Shown piece by piece: positions 39,336 to 51,726 of a stretch of 60,000 nt of DNA; positions within the stretch are counted from its first letter, which is position 1; every line of letters starts with the position of its first letter. A program made the translations under genes and the position numbers. Source of the stretch: Callorhinchus milii. Its lineage: Eukaryota. The notes under the pieces are model-generated. The model was not told the DNA's origin and did no database searches. It was given only the letters and a program-made list of their open reading frames with translations. The stretch is from positions 84,446,001-84,506,000 of the forward strand of contig NW_024704743.1 of assembly GCF_018977255.1 (NCBI RefSeq), read 5' to 3'.

Positions 39336-40384
39336 AGAAAGTTAACAGCAACAGACCACCTAATGCAGACAAAGAGTAATGCAGACGACATCTCATTTAT
39401 CAGTTGATACAGTGAGCTTTCTGACTTAGGCAATAATTGGGGGCAATGTGCTATGTAATACGCACTGGCAAAAATCCCACAGAAAAATATGATCATTCAC
39501 TTCATGGCTGTTTTTGTGGGACTTTGCTGTGTACAAACTGGCTGCCATGTTCAAACACAGAGTCACTGCACTTTACCACAAATCCTGTGAGGCACTTTGA
39601 GACATCTCTCTTACTTAATAATGCCCAATGCCAAATGTAATCATGATTATTATTAATATTATTATATCTATCACCGATAATACTTAACACATCACCTACC
39701 ACATTTCCCTCTCCCCACATACCACCATAACCATTCTTACAAATGGATGTAATTTCAGCCACAGAACCACTTCACTTTTGACATCACTGTTTAGTATTCG
39801 TCGCTAACCCAAACGGGCTGAAATTCCAGTCAGCGCTATTCATAGAGCCTTTATTGATGTTGGCCCCTAATAGCATTTCCTCATTATTATCCCACATCAC
39901 CAAAGCCACAATGAGTAACAGTGGCCAGAATTCTAGCCCAAATATCTTCTATCACTTTCATTTTGCACAACCAACCCTATATTTTTGGTATAACTAAAGC
40001 ACTGGCGGTTTAAATTCTGGTATTTCTAAAACAGACTCTTTCTGTTCCTTATTAAGAAGCATCATTAAAATGTGTTTCAATATCCTCTCCCCTGCTTTGA
40101 TTTCTGGATAAAAGTACCCATTAATGAAAGCATCTAACGCTGACTTCTCCACATTTATCCTGCGGTCCCAAAGTACACTAATATTAATGTCCTGCCTTAA
40201 TACTTCTCTTCATGTCTCCTGGTTTCTTGCAAACCTCTTGCAACTACAGCTAAATTTCAGAAACTGTATTCACACTGCCCATTACATACTGTTACACTTG
40301 TCACCTCCTCATGTTGAGGAAGGAGATGGACCTCAATCCCTCCTAATCAATCCTAGTGCCTTTATGTAACTGTGCATAAGCACA

Positions 40385-40906
40385 TAACAACAACAACAAC
40401 TTGCATTTATATAGCGCCCCCTCACGCAGAGTGCTTGACAGTGGCAGAGCACTGAGCCGGGGAGAGGTGACTGTAGGCATGGTCGAAGAGGAAGGTCTTC
40501 AGGTGCAATCTAAAGATGATGAAGGAAGAGATGAGGCAGATTAATAGAGGAAGAGTGTTCCAGAGTTTTGTGGTGTAGTGGCTGAAAGCACGGCCACCGA
40601 TGGTGAAATGGAGGGCACGAGGGATATGCAAGAGGCCAGAGCCAGTCATGCGGGTAGTGGGTTGAGGAGTAAGCAGGTCGGAGAAGTAAGGAGATGCCAG
40701 GGCATGAAGGGATTTGAAAATGAGTGTGAGGATCTTGAAATTGATCCGATCAGTGATAGGGAGCCAGTAGAACCTGGTTAGAACTGGTGTGATGAGGGTA
40801 CGGAGTTCAGTGCAGGGGAGTATGCGGGCAGCGGAGTTTTGGATCAGCTGGACCTTGTGTATGGTGGAGCTGGGGAGATCGGCAAGGAGGGCATTTGAAA
40901 AGTCCA
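40385..40906 (-). mobile_element. L2-clade LINE 3' fragment
   Basis: Translates to GGRAFSHYTTKLWNTLP...FRLHLKTFLF; (caa)n tail at 40387-40400. Confidence 0.9.
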
Positions 40907-40983
40907 GGTACCTCCTCAGAGAATCAGCTTCACAGTGTTTAGAATTCTGAGTCTTTTAGATCTCGTTACAAAGATTGCTGATT

Positions 40984-41292
40984 AATAATAATAATAATCC
41001 TTGCATTTGATATAGTTCCTTATCGCATCTTCAAGATGTCTCAAAGCGCTTCACAGATTATGCTGTAAAGTGAATTGACTGCATATTTTGTGTCCCACAA
41101 ACAATTGTGGATTGAGTGATTATTACTCTGGGAAAAGCGATCCACCAGTCAAGTAACAACTGGGTTTCTACTTACTACCTGGTAAGCAAAAGAATTTAGA
41201 GTAAGGAAACTTACCTAATGTTTCGCCCTGCCCGGGATTTGATCCTAGGTCCCTTCGCTTGCGAGGCAAGTGCTCTACCCACTAAGCTACAG
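40984..41292 (-). mobile_element. Composite tRNA-derived SINE
   Basis: Colinear with 53249-53603, with small deletions. Confidence 0.88.
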
Positions 41293-42751
41293 CTGAATAA
41301 AGAATCTGATTCTAATTTTTGTCAAACCACACAAACTGTTCTGAAACTAAATGTTTTCAGAGCGGAGTTTCCATGAGATGATGAGATATATTTACAATAA
41401 CCTGAACGTTCATGTTTACCAAATAGGAATCCTTGCAATCGCTGTGTATAAATGTCAGGCACTCCTTTGATTAAATTTCATTTTGAAAGCTTATTAAAGG
41501 GCTTTATAACAATTTTTATTGAATTGGAGAAATATCAGCTTTCCCCCATTGAATTATTGTACAATTCTATGTTTTTGCATCTGGTGAGACAGCATGTCAA
41601 TCAATTAACCACTTGTAAAAACAAACTGTATTAGTGATATGTATATATACATTGACATTGGAGCACAGGGTGTTTTAGAAACCGAATTAACAGCTCAGCC
41701 TGAGATCAAAGAGCTTGCTCATGATGCCAGCCCATATGGCCACAATCAATTAAGCAAAGTTGCATCTCTTGTAATCTCCTGCAGAGACTGACCAGAGTAT
41801 AAGCTTTCCAATGTGGTAGAAATTAAAGCGAGTTTTATGACCATCCAGTCACGGTACCAGAGACACATGGAGGCTGCTGAGGGAATCAAGGCTCAGCAGG
41901 GAGGAGCATCAGAGGGAAGCCGCCATAGTCAAACCTCAGAAGAGGCACCTTGCTCTTGTCACTGCATGGTGCGGGAAGCCCACGGGACAGAGGGAGTGCT
42001 TGTGCTAAGGCAACACAAAAATAAAAAATCTGAGGTGGTTCCAATGTGGCTTTGTGCTAAGAACATATGACACCTTTTGGGTGAAAGACGACAATTATCT
42101 TCTCCAACCATGTCAGTTTCAATTCATTAAAAATAGGTTCTGAAAGTAGAAAATAGAAGGAGTTCTCCAGCTCTCTTCTTTTTGTGCCACCGCACATCCT
42201 TCACCAGCTGAGAAGTGGGAGAGCTACCGCCTAATCCATTAAAGCTCTGAATATTTTTTATATAAAAAAAGCACTAAACCACTTATTGCTAAGACTGTAG
42301 TAATTCTACAATCACATTTTCTGGCTGCAGCGTTTCCTAGTATTCAAGTGCAAATTATGTATAGATAGTGATGCTTGAAAGACATCACGGTTATTCACCC
42401 TTGAGTGTCAATGTCATAACATATCAACAACCCAGACACAGACAGTCAGTGTCAGTCTAACATTGGTGCTAGCACAAACACAGAGTGAGGACAATAAACC
42501 TCATAAAGTATATACTACCAAATAATTACAGATATCCTTGAGTGGTTTCAAGACAATTGTCCTATCGCTCAGTGGATAAATATACTGTATGGTGTGCAAC
42601 ATAGCCAAATAGACTAGGTATGCCGAAGTTTGAGCCTTGGTCTACTGCAGTATCTTAGATGATCCTGGAATTGGTCTCTGCATCCTTTTAGTTGGATAGC
42701 GGTAACATTAGTGAGTATTTCTGTTACTGATTGATGTCCAGTGACCCCCAG

Positions 42752-43160
42752 TGTCAATTTGACTCAGTTAGTAGCACTCTTGCCTCTGGGTTAGAAGATT
42801 GTAGGTATAAGCTCCACTCTGTAATTTATATTCATAGTCTTGGCAGATATTCCAAGGCAGAACTGCATTATTGGAGATGCTAATGTTTGAAGTTGCAACT
42901 TAGGACACATTTGCCTGTTTTCCTGTTTTAGGTGGATGTTAAAGGATCTCTTTGAAAAGAGAAGCAAGTTTGCCCTGTATCCCAGCCAAAAGTTCTCCAA
43001 ATTAATTGGTACTTCACCTCATGGTTATTTGTGGGACATTGCCAGCGTAAAATGACTACTTCAAAAACAGTCACTATAGTTGACAGTAATTAGCTGTGAA
43101 GTCCTTTGAGGTGTTTTGACCTGGAAAGGTACCATAAAAATGTAAGTTGTTTCTTCTTTT
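42752..43160 (+). mobile_element. DeuSINE-like copy
   Basis: tgactcagttagtagcactcttgcctctg head; ggtggatgttaaagg; tttgtgggacattg; tail ataaaaatgtaagttg. Confidence 0.72.
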
Positions 43161-43828
43161 ATTCTACACAGATGATGATAATGATAATAATCCTTACATT
43201 TGATAATAATAATCCTTGCATTTGATATAGCGTTTTTCACGTCTTCTAGATGTCTCAAAGCGCTTCACAGAATATGCTGTAAAGTGAATTGACTATATAT
43301 TTGTGGGTGATATAGCATCTTATCACACTGTCAAGATGTCTCAAGATTTCACTGTAAAGTGCAGTAACTCTGTAATTTAGGTGCATGTAGCAGCCAATTT
43401 GTGCACAGCAATGAAGGAAGGGAACATGCAGATGAGAGTTGAAGGTGGAGATGTGAGAATGAATGAATATTTGTGAGTTTTGTTTGATTCGAAATCCGAG
43501 AGTATCGATGGAGCTTGTCCCTTGAAGATAGGTTAATTGAGGGGTAGCGTATTGTAGAAAAGGCATTGGAATGAGATCAATGGAATAAATATTCATTTCT
43601 GTTTGTTTTGTGTGTTAAATAGTGCCGTCATTGTATGCCAGTAATTGCATTTGATGGGAAAACTGTTGTTCTAATCGTAGTACTACAATAATGGATTTCT
43701 GAATAATCTGTGATAATGGAGTAATCTTATAGCTCTTGTACAATAACACAGTTGTACAGCGTAATCTTATAGCCCTTATACCAGTCTTGCACAATGATAA
43801 ATTTAATGATTTGTTGCTTACTGACCCG

Positions 43829-44160
43829 AAATTCCACCTGGTCTGAGGTAAAATGTGGTAAATTCTTCAATTCTGTCTTAATTTGGAAACCTGTTTACTG
43901 CAGTTAGAAATTTACAGCACAGAAGAAGACTATTTGGCCCGTCGTGTTTTTACAAGGAATCAGTATCCAAATTCTACCGGGAAAAAGCTCAGGTCATCTG
44001 ACTTGCCCTGCTAAAATCAGATTATCAATTACAAATGAAGAATTGGTCCGTCCACACTTTGATTTTACAATACTCAATCCCAATCCCAAACTCACAATTC
44101 TCTTGATCTTGAATTTTTGAGACAAAATGGGTTTATAGACACAGAACCAGTGAAATTTGG
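43829..44160. mobile_element. Palindromic MITE-like copy split by a CR1 tail (~43905-43975, minus) and a 110-bp insert
   Basis: Left part gaaattccacctggtct...ttcttcaattctgtcttaatttggaa; right part cacaattctcttgatcttgaatttttgagacaaaatgg. Confidence 0.6.
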
Positions 44161-44512
44161 GGCTTTGAGTGTTGAATTCTAAAAAAAAATTAGTCCCTGG
44201 AAAAGAAAGCAGGAGAAAGCTTACAATTCTGGCACAATGACAAATGAGGAGTCAGTAAAAAATATAGTTGGCATTGAGCGAAACAACCTGAAATGTAAGT
44301 TATATCAACATAACATGTTTCTGGATGTCTGGGCATAAGAGTTGACAGTCCATGCTCACCCAAGGCAAGATCAAATCACAGGCTTGGCTGGGCTAGCAAA
44401 GCTTTGAATTGGGATTGAGTATTGGGAATTCAAAGTGTGGAAGAGCCAATTCTTCGTTTGTAATTGATAGTCTAATCTTAACAGGGCAAGTCAGATGACC
44501 TGAGTTCTTTCC
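43980..44512. repeat. ~110-bp inverted repeat (arms 43980-44090 and 44403-44512)
   Basis: ctcaggtcatctgacttgccctg...tactcaatcccaat pairs with attgggattgagta...cagggcaagtcagatgacctgag, roughly 85% identical by eye. Confidence 0.93.
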
Positions 44513-44928
44513 CACCCCTCTAAATGGGAACATTTTCATCCACTCAATGTATTATTCAGCTGAGAAGCAATAATTCAGATACAGGGCTTTCTGTAGTCCC
44601 ACAATCCTTTATAAGCAGCCAAAGAAGTTTGATCCCGCCTATCCAAGCCATTATCTATCCATATATTGTTCATCCTCCAGGGAGCTAATATAACTTTAAT
44701 TATATCTACAACTAAAGCTGTGTAAATCTACTTTGTTTGTATTAGTTACCATGCCTATCAACCTAAGAGATTATCTTGAATACAATTATTAATTAAATGA
44801 TTTTCCTTCAACAAGACGTAGAACTATACTGTGTTGCCTTCAATAGACCATCTGCTGGAATCAGGATCAAATTTCTTTCCCTACTTATGAAGTATTTCAG
44901 ACTCACGGAAAGACCTATATCTAAATTT

Positions 44929-45012
44929 TGATATGTTGCCTGTTTTTTTCTGCATAAAATATTACTGAATTGATGTGTTGCCTGTTTTTTTCTGCATAAA
45001 ATATTACTGAAT
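44929..45012. repeat. 42-bp tandem duplication (2 copies, 1 mismatch)
   Basis: tgat(a/g)tgttgcctgtttttttctgcataaaatattactgaat occurs twice in tandem. Confidence 0.95.
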
Positions 45013-45148
45013 TAGTTTCACTCAGTGATGATCTATCTGTTTATTAGTTTGTCTCCATAAGTCAATTTTTTATGTTTTGTCCTTCAGAGAATATATTTTC
45101 TTATACAGATTCACAATATGTGCAGCCCCATGCAATGTGACCTGGACC

Positions 45149-45345
45149 AAAATTCACTTAGTCTTAGACATAAGACCATTTTGTTTTAAAATGTAAGATT
45201 GCACAGGATTGTGGAAAATTCCCCCAGTTCTTAAAAAAAATGGATTTCAAATTAAGATTGCATTTAAGAATGCTTTCACAATTCTGAGTGATTTTAAATG
45301 TTAAGATAAAACAGTCTTAGAGGTTAAATATTGATGGAGTATCAG
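45149..45345. mobile_element. Palindromic MITE-like copy (type A arms)
   Basis: aaattcacttagtcttagacataagaccattttgttttaaaatgtaagattgcacaggattgtg ... cacaattctgagtgattttaaatgttaagataaaacagtcttagagg. Confidence 0.75.
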
Positions 45346-45454
45346 ATCTCTAACTCTCATTCCTAGCACTGAGTATAGTTCATTCACAACTTTGATAGTC
45401 ATTAGATCAGATCAACTTACTCACTGACAAAAAGCATATCATGCAGGTCTTCAT

Positions 45455-45635
45455 GAAAACAAAAACAGGAGTCGCTGGGAACACTCAGCAGATCAGGCAT
45501 CTATGGAGAAAGGAAAGTGAGTCAATGTTTAGGGTCCTCAATCCATTGTCAGAACGATGCTGCCTGACCTGCTGAGTGTTCCCAGCGACTTCTATTTTTG
45601 TTTTCAGGTTTCCAGCATCTGCAGTATTTTGCGCA
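45455..45635. mobile_element. Fold-back non-autonomous Penelope-like element with 14-bp TSD
   Basis: Arms 45455-45501 and 45556-45605 are inverted repeats. The element is flanked by atgcaggtcttcat at 45441-45454 and 45636-45649. Confidence 0.75.
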
Positions 45636-45666
45636 ATGCAGGTCTTCATCCTCTATATCTTCTGAA

Positions 45667-46073
45667 ATTGGATTAGTTGGCAACATGGTGGTACTCTGAA
45701 GACATCAACATCTTCTGTTAGATAGTGTGGGTTGAATCATGTGCATGTCAGCACCATTCAATACCATGAATTTTCCCAAAAGGAGCTCGGAATACTTAAA
45801 AGGGAAGAGCTATTCATGGATCTCTATCATACGTTTTCTTGTGGCTAGTTATACAGCAGGATTGACACAGACTCGGGAGCAATTGTCTGTCTCTCGGCTT
45901 AGGTATACAGAATTACACAGAACATTACAGCACAGAAACAGACTACTCAACCCAACTAGTCGGTGCCAGTGTTTATAATCCACATGAGCCTCCATGCATC
46001 CTGATCATCTCTCCGATACACCGCTATTCCCAATATGTCTTCAGAGTACCACCATGTTGCCAACTAATCCAAT
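45667..46073. repeat. Perfect 39-bp inverted repeat (45667-45705 / 46035-46073)
   Basis: attggattagttggcaacatggtggtactctgaagacat and its exact reverse complement. Confidence 0.95.
45905..46034 (-). mobile_element. CR1-type 3' UTR fragment
   Basis: acagaattacacagaacattacagcacagaaacagactactcaacccaactagtcggtgccagtgtttataatcc resembles the reverse complement of the CR1 3' ends at ~4020-4100 and ~48150-48285. Confidence 0.75.
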
Positions 46074-46871
46074 CAGTCCAGTGTAGTCGCTGTACATTAT
46101 GGGTACAGTGTGCTGTGCATGATCGAGGCATGGGAGAAATTAATGGGAGAAACAAAAGAAAAAGAATAATTGAATAATAATAATAATGCTTGCATTTGAA
46201 ACTGAGAGGAAATCACAAAGTACTTCATAGGATTTACTGTGAAGTGTAATGTGTATTTTGTAGGCAAACACAACAGCCAATCTTTGCAAAGCAATATTCC
46301 ACAAACAGATAGATGTAAATTAAATGGCTAATTTTATCTGGGAGACTGTTGGCCAAGACACCAGGAGAAACTCGCTTATTGGATTGGTTATCATTCAGAT
46401 TCTTTGTAACTATCCTTGCTTGTTATTTACAGATATCTTGCAATTCTTATTGAACCATACAAATATGAAATCCTAAAGGCCCTCAACAGCAAAGTCATAC
46501 GTTTCATATTCATTACAGATTCTGAATTACAGTGTAATGACCTTCGTTGCATGGGAAAATATAAGACAAAATAATTTCTTCCAGACACATAGATGATCAA
46601 CATTTTGAGTAATGGATTTCCTGTTCTGCTTTGGGAAAATGCAGATGTTTTGTATCATACACCATGTGTTTCATGTCTTTCAATTCTTTGTAAATGTTAT
46701 AAAATCATAGAAGCAAAACAAGCACAAGCACTTTTTTACTTTAAAAAAAGTAGGCAGAAAATATCCTAATCTTGAAATTATGCAAATTATTGGGGTGCAG
46801 GCGGGGGGGGGGGGAGAAAAATTTCAGTAGCTAAATATTTGGGAGTAAAGGTCAGCATAGACTTTTGGGCT

Positions 46872-47098
46872 GTAATTCCACTTGGGTATAGATTCCATCC
46901 ATGTTTTTAGCATTTCAAAGCATCGAGAGCATTGGCAAATTCCTAAATTCAGTCTCAATCTGGAAATTTATTTTCCACAGTCCTTAAAAAGAACCAGCTC
47001 TAAAATAAGACTGAATTTAAGACTGAATTTCTACAATTTCATGAGATTTTAAATTGTAAGACAAAATAGTCTTGCAGGCTAAGACTACGTGGAATCTG
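46872..47098. mobile_element. MITE-like copy with type B left arm and type A right arm
   Basis: aattccacttgggtatagatt...agcatttca ... aagacaaaatagtcttgcaggctaagactacgtggaat. Confidence 0.65.
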
Positions 47099-48308
47099 AT
47101 GAGTTAATTATGTAACATTCAGTGCAGGGCTTTGGCAATTAGCACAATTTCACTTTGGTGTGTTAATCTTCATAAAACACACTCATGACTGAATTCTTCT
47201 GTAATTCACCATCAAACATAGTTTGGTAACACTGAAAGTGCTGCATTGTAAAACTGACATATGTTGAGGCATATGTTACACATTATAAGCACTCGCATTA
47301 CACACTCCTTCAACAGCAACAAAAATACACACACATGCACCGACAGTGCAGAGCTAAAAATATATAACATGCATAATTACATATACAGTCAAAATTGTTT
47401 TCAACAACCACTCAGAGGACTCGGCCAAAGTGGCCTTTATATAAGGGTAGCCTCTGAGTAAGGATTCGTTGATGTGCAAACTGGGTAGTTGTTAACAGGA
47501 ACTAGTTGCTGAATGGAGGTGGTTGCTGGAACAGATTTGACTGTATATATTGTATATAGTTTATACTGTATATTCTAAACACCTTTGTGACTTTAGCAAA
47601 TGAGCATCCCAAAAGCAGTTATTCTATGCCGTAGGTGTACATTTTAACACTTCTTCATCAGGCACCATTTCAAAAGAAATGTTAGAGATTAAAAGCAAAA
47701 GGTAAAACAGCCAGGATTTTATTAAGATTTTATTAGATATTTCCAAATCTTTTAATCCCACTTTCCACCTTTTCTCCACATTTCATATTACCCTTACTTC
47801 CCAAGTATCTATCTAGCTCCCTTAAAAACATCCCGATGGATCTGGCATCCTGGTCAGAGCATTTCAAATTCTCTGGGTGAAGGAAAGTTTGTTGATTTCA
47901 ATTCTAGCCGGCTTAGCTCGAAATGCTACTGAAGCTCCCCCAATGAAATAAACATGTGTATGGCAAAAAATCAGAGTGTGTTTGAAGAACAGTTTGGATA
48001 TTATACGGAGGAAAACGAAAAGCATCTTTGCCAGTCTGGTATACTGCCTTCACTGACTTTTAACCATCGAAAAGTGGCAAAAAGGTTTGGCTCATTATGT
48101 TTACCATAATTAAACTTTATCTGAATCAAATTATAATGTCTGAAATACATCAGAGAGAAGGGTATAAAGGGGTACAGGAGAGGGGAATAGGCGTAGTGGG
48201 GAGCTCGTTTGGAACATAAACACCGACAAAGACTATTTGGTCTGAATGGCCTGTTTCCGTGCCTTTTCTCTATGTAGTTCTATGTAAATGAAATTCTGAC
48301 CACAGATG

Positions 48309-48540
48309 TAATAATGAATAATAATCCTTGCATTTGATATAGTGCTTTATCACATCTTCAAGACGTCTCAAAGCGCGTCACAGAATATCCTATAAAGTGA
48401 ATCGACTGTGTATTTTGTGGATGAAACGCAGCAGTCAATTACACACGTCAATGTCCCACAAACAGTCGTGGATTGAGTGAACCAAATTATTATTATTTTT
48501 AAAGGGATTATTATCCCCAGAAAAGTGATTCACCAATTGA
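48309..48540 (-). mobile_element. Composite SINE, 5'-truncated
   Basis: Tail and Deu-like part present, tRNA head absent. Confidence 0.88.
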
Positions 48541-49995
48541 CTGTAGTAGCGTCCTCCTGGGTTCCTTGGAGGGAACAGCACTGTCTGTACCAGGGCTTTC
48601 ATTCATACATGCCACTCATTCCAATCTATGATTAACAAAATGTCTCAAACACCCAGCTGACCAATAAAAAAAATCATCTTATCACCTTCCCATTCCAGCA
48701 TCAAACAGTTTCCTAAGTGAATTCAGTGAAAGTAAGGATCATTCCCTGATTGTGGGACATTTCCAGCTTATACCTGGCAACTGTCAGAAAGTTACAGGCA
48801 ATCTTATATTTTTATGTAATAAAAACTGCGCTTCACTAAAGGTCAGAATGTTTTTCACTAATAACAACTACTTGCATTTATATTGCAGCCTTCACACAGG
48901 GTGGCGTCTCAGAACGTTTAATAAAATGGGAGTAATACTTTAACTTGTGTTTTTAGGTACTAATTCTGTAGAAATGCATGGAAAATTAAATGTGGCAAAT
49001 TACCCACAATTTATAATTCAGTTTTATTTATAAGGTGTACTGTCAAATATCTAAAGCATCTAGGATCCAACAAAGTCGTCGCAATGGCAAAGTTTTAACA
49101 AAGATTTGTTTCATTGGCAGATAATGTGCAGTCTGCTGATAAGCATTCGCAATGACAGCTCGGACTGAGATTCAGGATGTACTCATCATTGTTAATGAAG
49201 CATTCAAGGATCATGGTGTGAGATCCTATAAAAGACCCACTGCTTGTTAAGAAAGACAAACGTCACACAGAATGAGTACAGCTCTCATTCATTCAAGATG
49301 CTTATGTGAATTGTGCGTACACTTAATTTAAGGAAAGTTCCTAAAAATCATTTGAATTTGAGCAAACAGTCAGATCACGATATACCAGGCTGCACTGTGG
49401 AGCAAGATTATACACTTGGGGTGCTGACTCACAGTCTCACATTCATGGTTCAGTGACGTCAGTGGCAACCTGACAATCCAGAAAAGCTGACCAGAGGCCG
49501 TTTTTATAATACAACCATTACAATCTGATTATATTTGATCTGATTTGATTTTATGGTTCCAAATCATCGATGTTACAAGGGGGCAAACAGTACACCAAAT
49601 AAAATTACAGTTTAATTGCATTGAAAATGCTGAGCTTTCACTTTGTTGCATATTTTTTGTCACATTCTGGGTGTCTGACACATGCAGAAACCCATCACAA
49701 ATGCACGACCTTTGCATGAAAATTTCCCTGTGTCTGGAATGAAATGTGCACTCTCTCCCTGGAGCGACACATCCACCTTAAGTAATTCCAGAGAGTATTA
49801 GATGCAGATTTGCTGAGGGTGTGTTGGATACTGCTGGAGTTTAACCTGCTAAAATCACATAGCTTGCCATTGAGAGCACTTTTTGGATAAACCCAAGTAA
49901 TTAACATGTACGCATAATGAAGCTTTCAAAAGTTTACAACCTATAATTATACACTGACCATATATAATGTATTGAATGGAAACCTCATCTGGTAA

Positions 49996-50190
49996 ATTAT
50001 TAATAATAATAATAATAATCCTTGCATTTGATATAGCGCTTTTCAAGTCTTCTAGACATCCCAAAGCGCTTCACAGAATATACTGTAAAGTGAATTGACT
50101 GTATATTTGTGGGTGAACGTGGCAGCCAATTGCGCACAGCAATGTCCCACAAACAGTCGTAGATTGAAAATGACCAATTTATTATTGCTT
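49996..50190 (-). mobile_element. Composite SINE, 5'-truncated
   Basis: (taa)n, ccttgcatttgatatagcgcttttc, gcagccaattgcgcacagc. Confidence 0.88.
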
Positions 50191-51726
50191 TGTTTTGGAA
50201 GCAGGTTATTAAAATGAACGAGTGTCCCAGCTGACACAATTGTATTATACTGTTTTTGAAATAACTTTCAACATGAATGTTTATAAGGTATAATCTGTAA
50301 TGCTTATCACATGCAGAATATGTTGTCATCTGCATTTTCTAAAGTCTAAGCATCTCCATTACGGAAGGATTTTTCAGAGCTAGCCATTCTGTGTTTCTCA
50401 AAAGTTGTCCCTTTAAGAAAGGAAAATGCAGTGATTTTACAAAAAATTGTCCTTGAACAAATGTAATATGTAGCATTTTTTCAATACTTAAAGAGCAAAG
50501 AAACGCATTGGCCATGCGTTAGTTTGGAAATAACTGGCTCAACTGTGTTAATTTCAAATTGGCATTTAAGTGGAAATAGTTGTTGCTCTTTTGCATGCAA
50601 ACACGTCTGTAAAAGAGCTTGATGGGCTACATTCCCTCTCCTGCACTATGATCTATGTAAATCGGTGTGAATAACATTATTATATGATGCTACTGAAGCT
50701 TTGCCTGCAGAATGCTGAACCCTTTGATTGTAATTGTTTTAACACTGTGAAATGAAGTAATGCATAAAATTGATAATAAACGGAAATCTCTGTCCTCTGC
50801 ATGCAAATGAGAGCCCTGCCCTGGAGCACAGATGCTGCTATTGTTTCCCAAGAAGCTGACGAAGGAAGTGAAAATATTTACAGAGTCGTTTCAAAGTACA
50901 GCATCTGCATTTTTATTATTTTTGCCTTTCACAGGGAAGAAAAAGAGGTGTCCAGCAGTCATGATGGATCAGGCTTATAAATACCCATCTCTGTCATAAA
51001 ACCACACACAGGCACACACACACATGCTTCCAAGGGCCAGCCCGTCACTACAAACAACAGCAAAACAGAAGAAAAAAAACAAAGTTGCAGAAAGCAAATG
51101 AGACTTTATCAATCTCCAATCACAGCCTAGGGGAATGTTTGTGCAAACCTTGTGGAGGGCCCTTTCCTTAGTATTGCTTTATATTGGCCAGATTCTTCTT
51201 CCGAGTTCTGAAAAAAAAGCCTTTTGCATTTGAACATACTGATCACTTTTCTTCAAAGGGGTCTGAAATGATGGATTCGCACACCAGAAGTTTACGACTT
51301 CTGTTTTGTGACTGAAATTCGCTAACAAATTCACCAAAGGATAAATTTAAAAAATCCAATTACAAAGGCCAGCAATGGGTTCTCTTCTGTGGAGTGGTGC
51401 TTTTTGTAGCATCTGTGTCAACCGACCGATGGGAAAGGTGAGCTGAACGTAAATAGATTTTATTTTTCTTGAAAAATCAATCAAGACCAAAAGAAAACAT
51501 GGAACAGGAAGAGGCTCATTAAAAGACCACTCAGTCCACTGAAAACCTAAATTATGCGACTGTGGAGTTCACCACACACACACACGTTTAGCTCCTGACG
51601 GAAAGTATTGTACAGACACTCTCTAAAACCACAAAGATGCAAAGGTGCAAAAAAATAATCCAAGCTATTAATCCTACCCCAGATCTCCTTTATATAGCCC
51701 TGGTCTCCTCCATTCAAGAGATAACA

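Noticed and set aside
50857..50880. ctgacga-aggaagt-gaaa hammerhead-like core
   Set aside because: No helix II pairing and no evident helices I or III.
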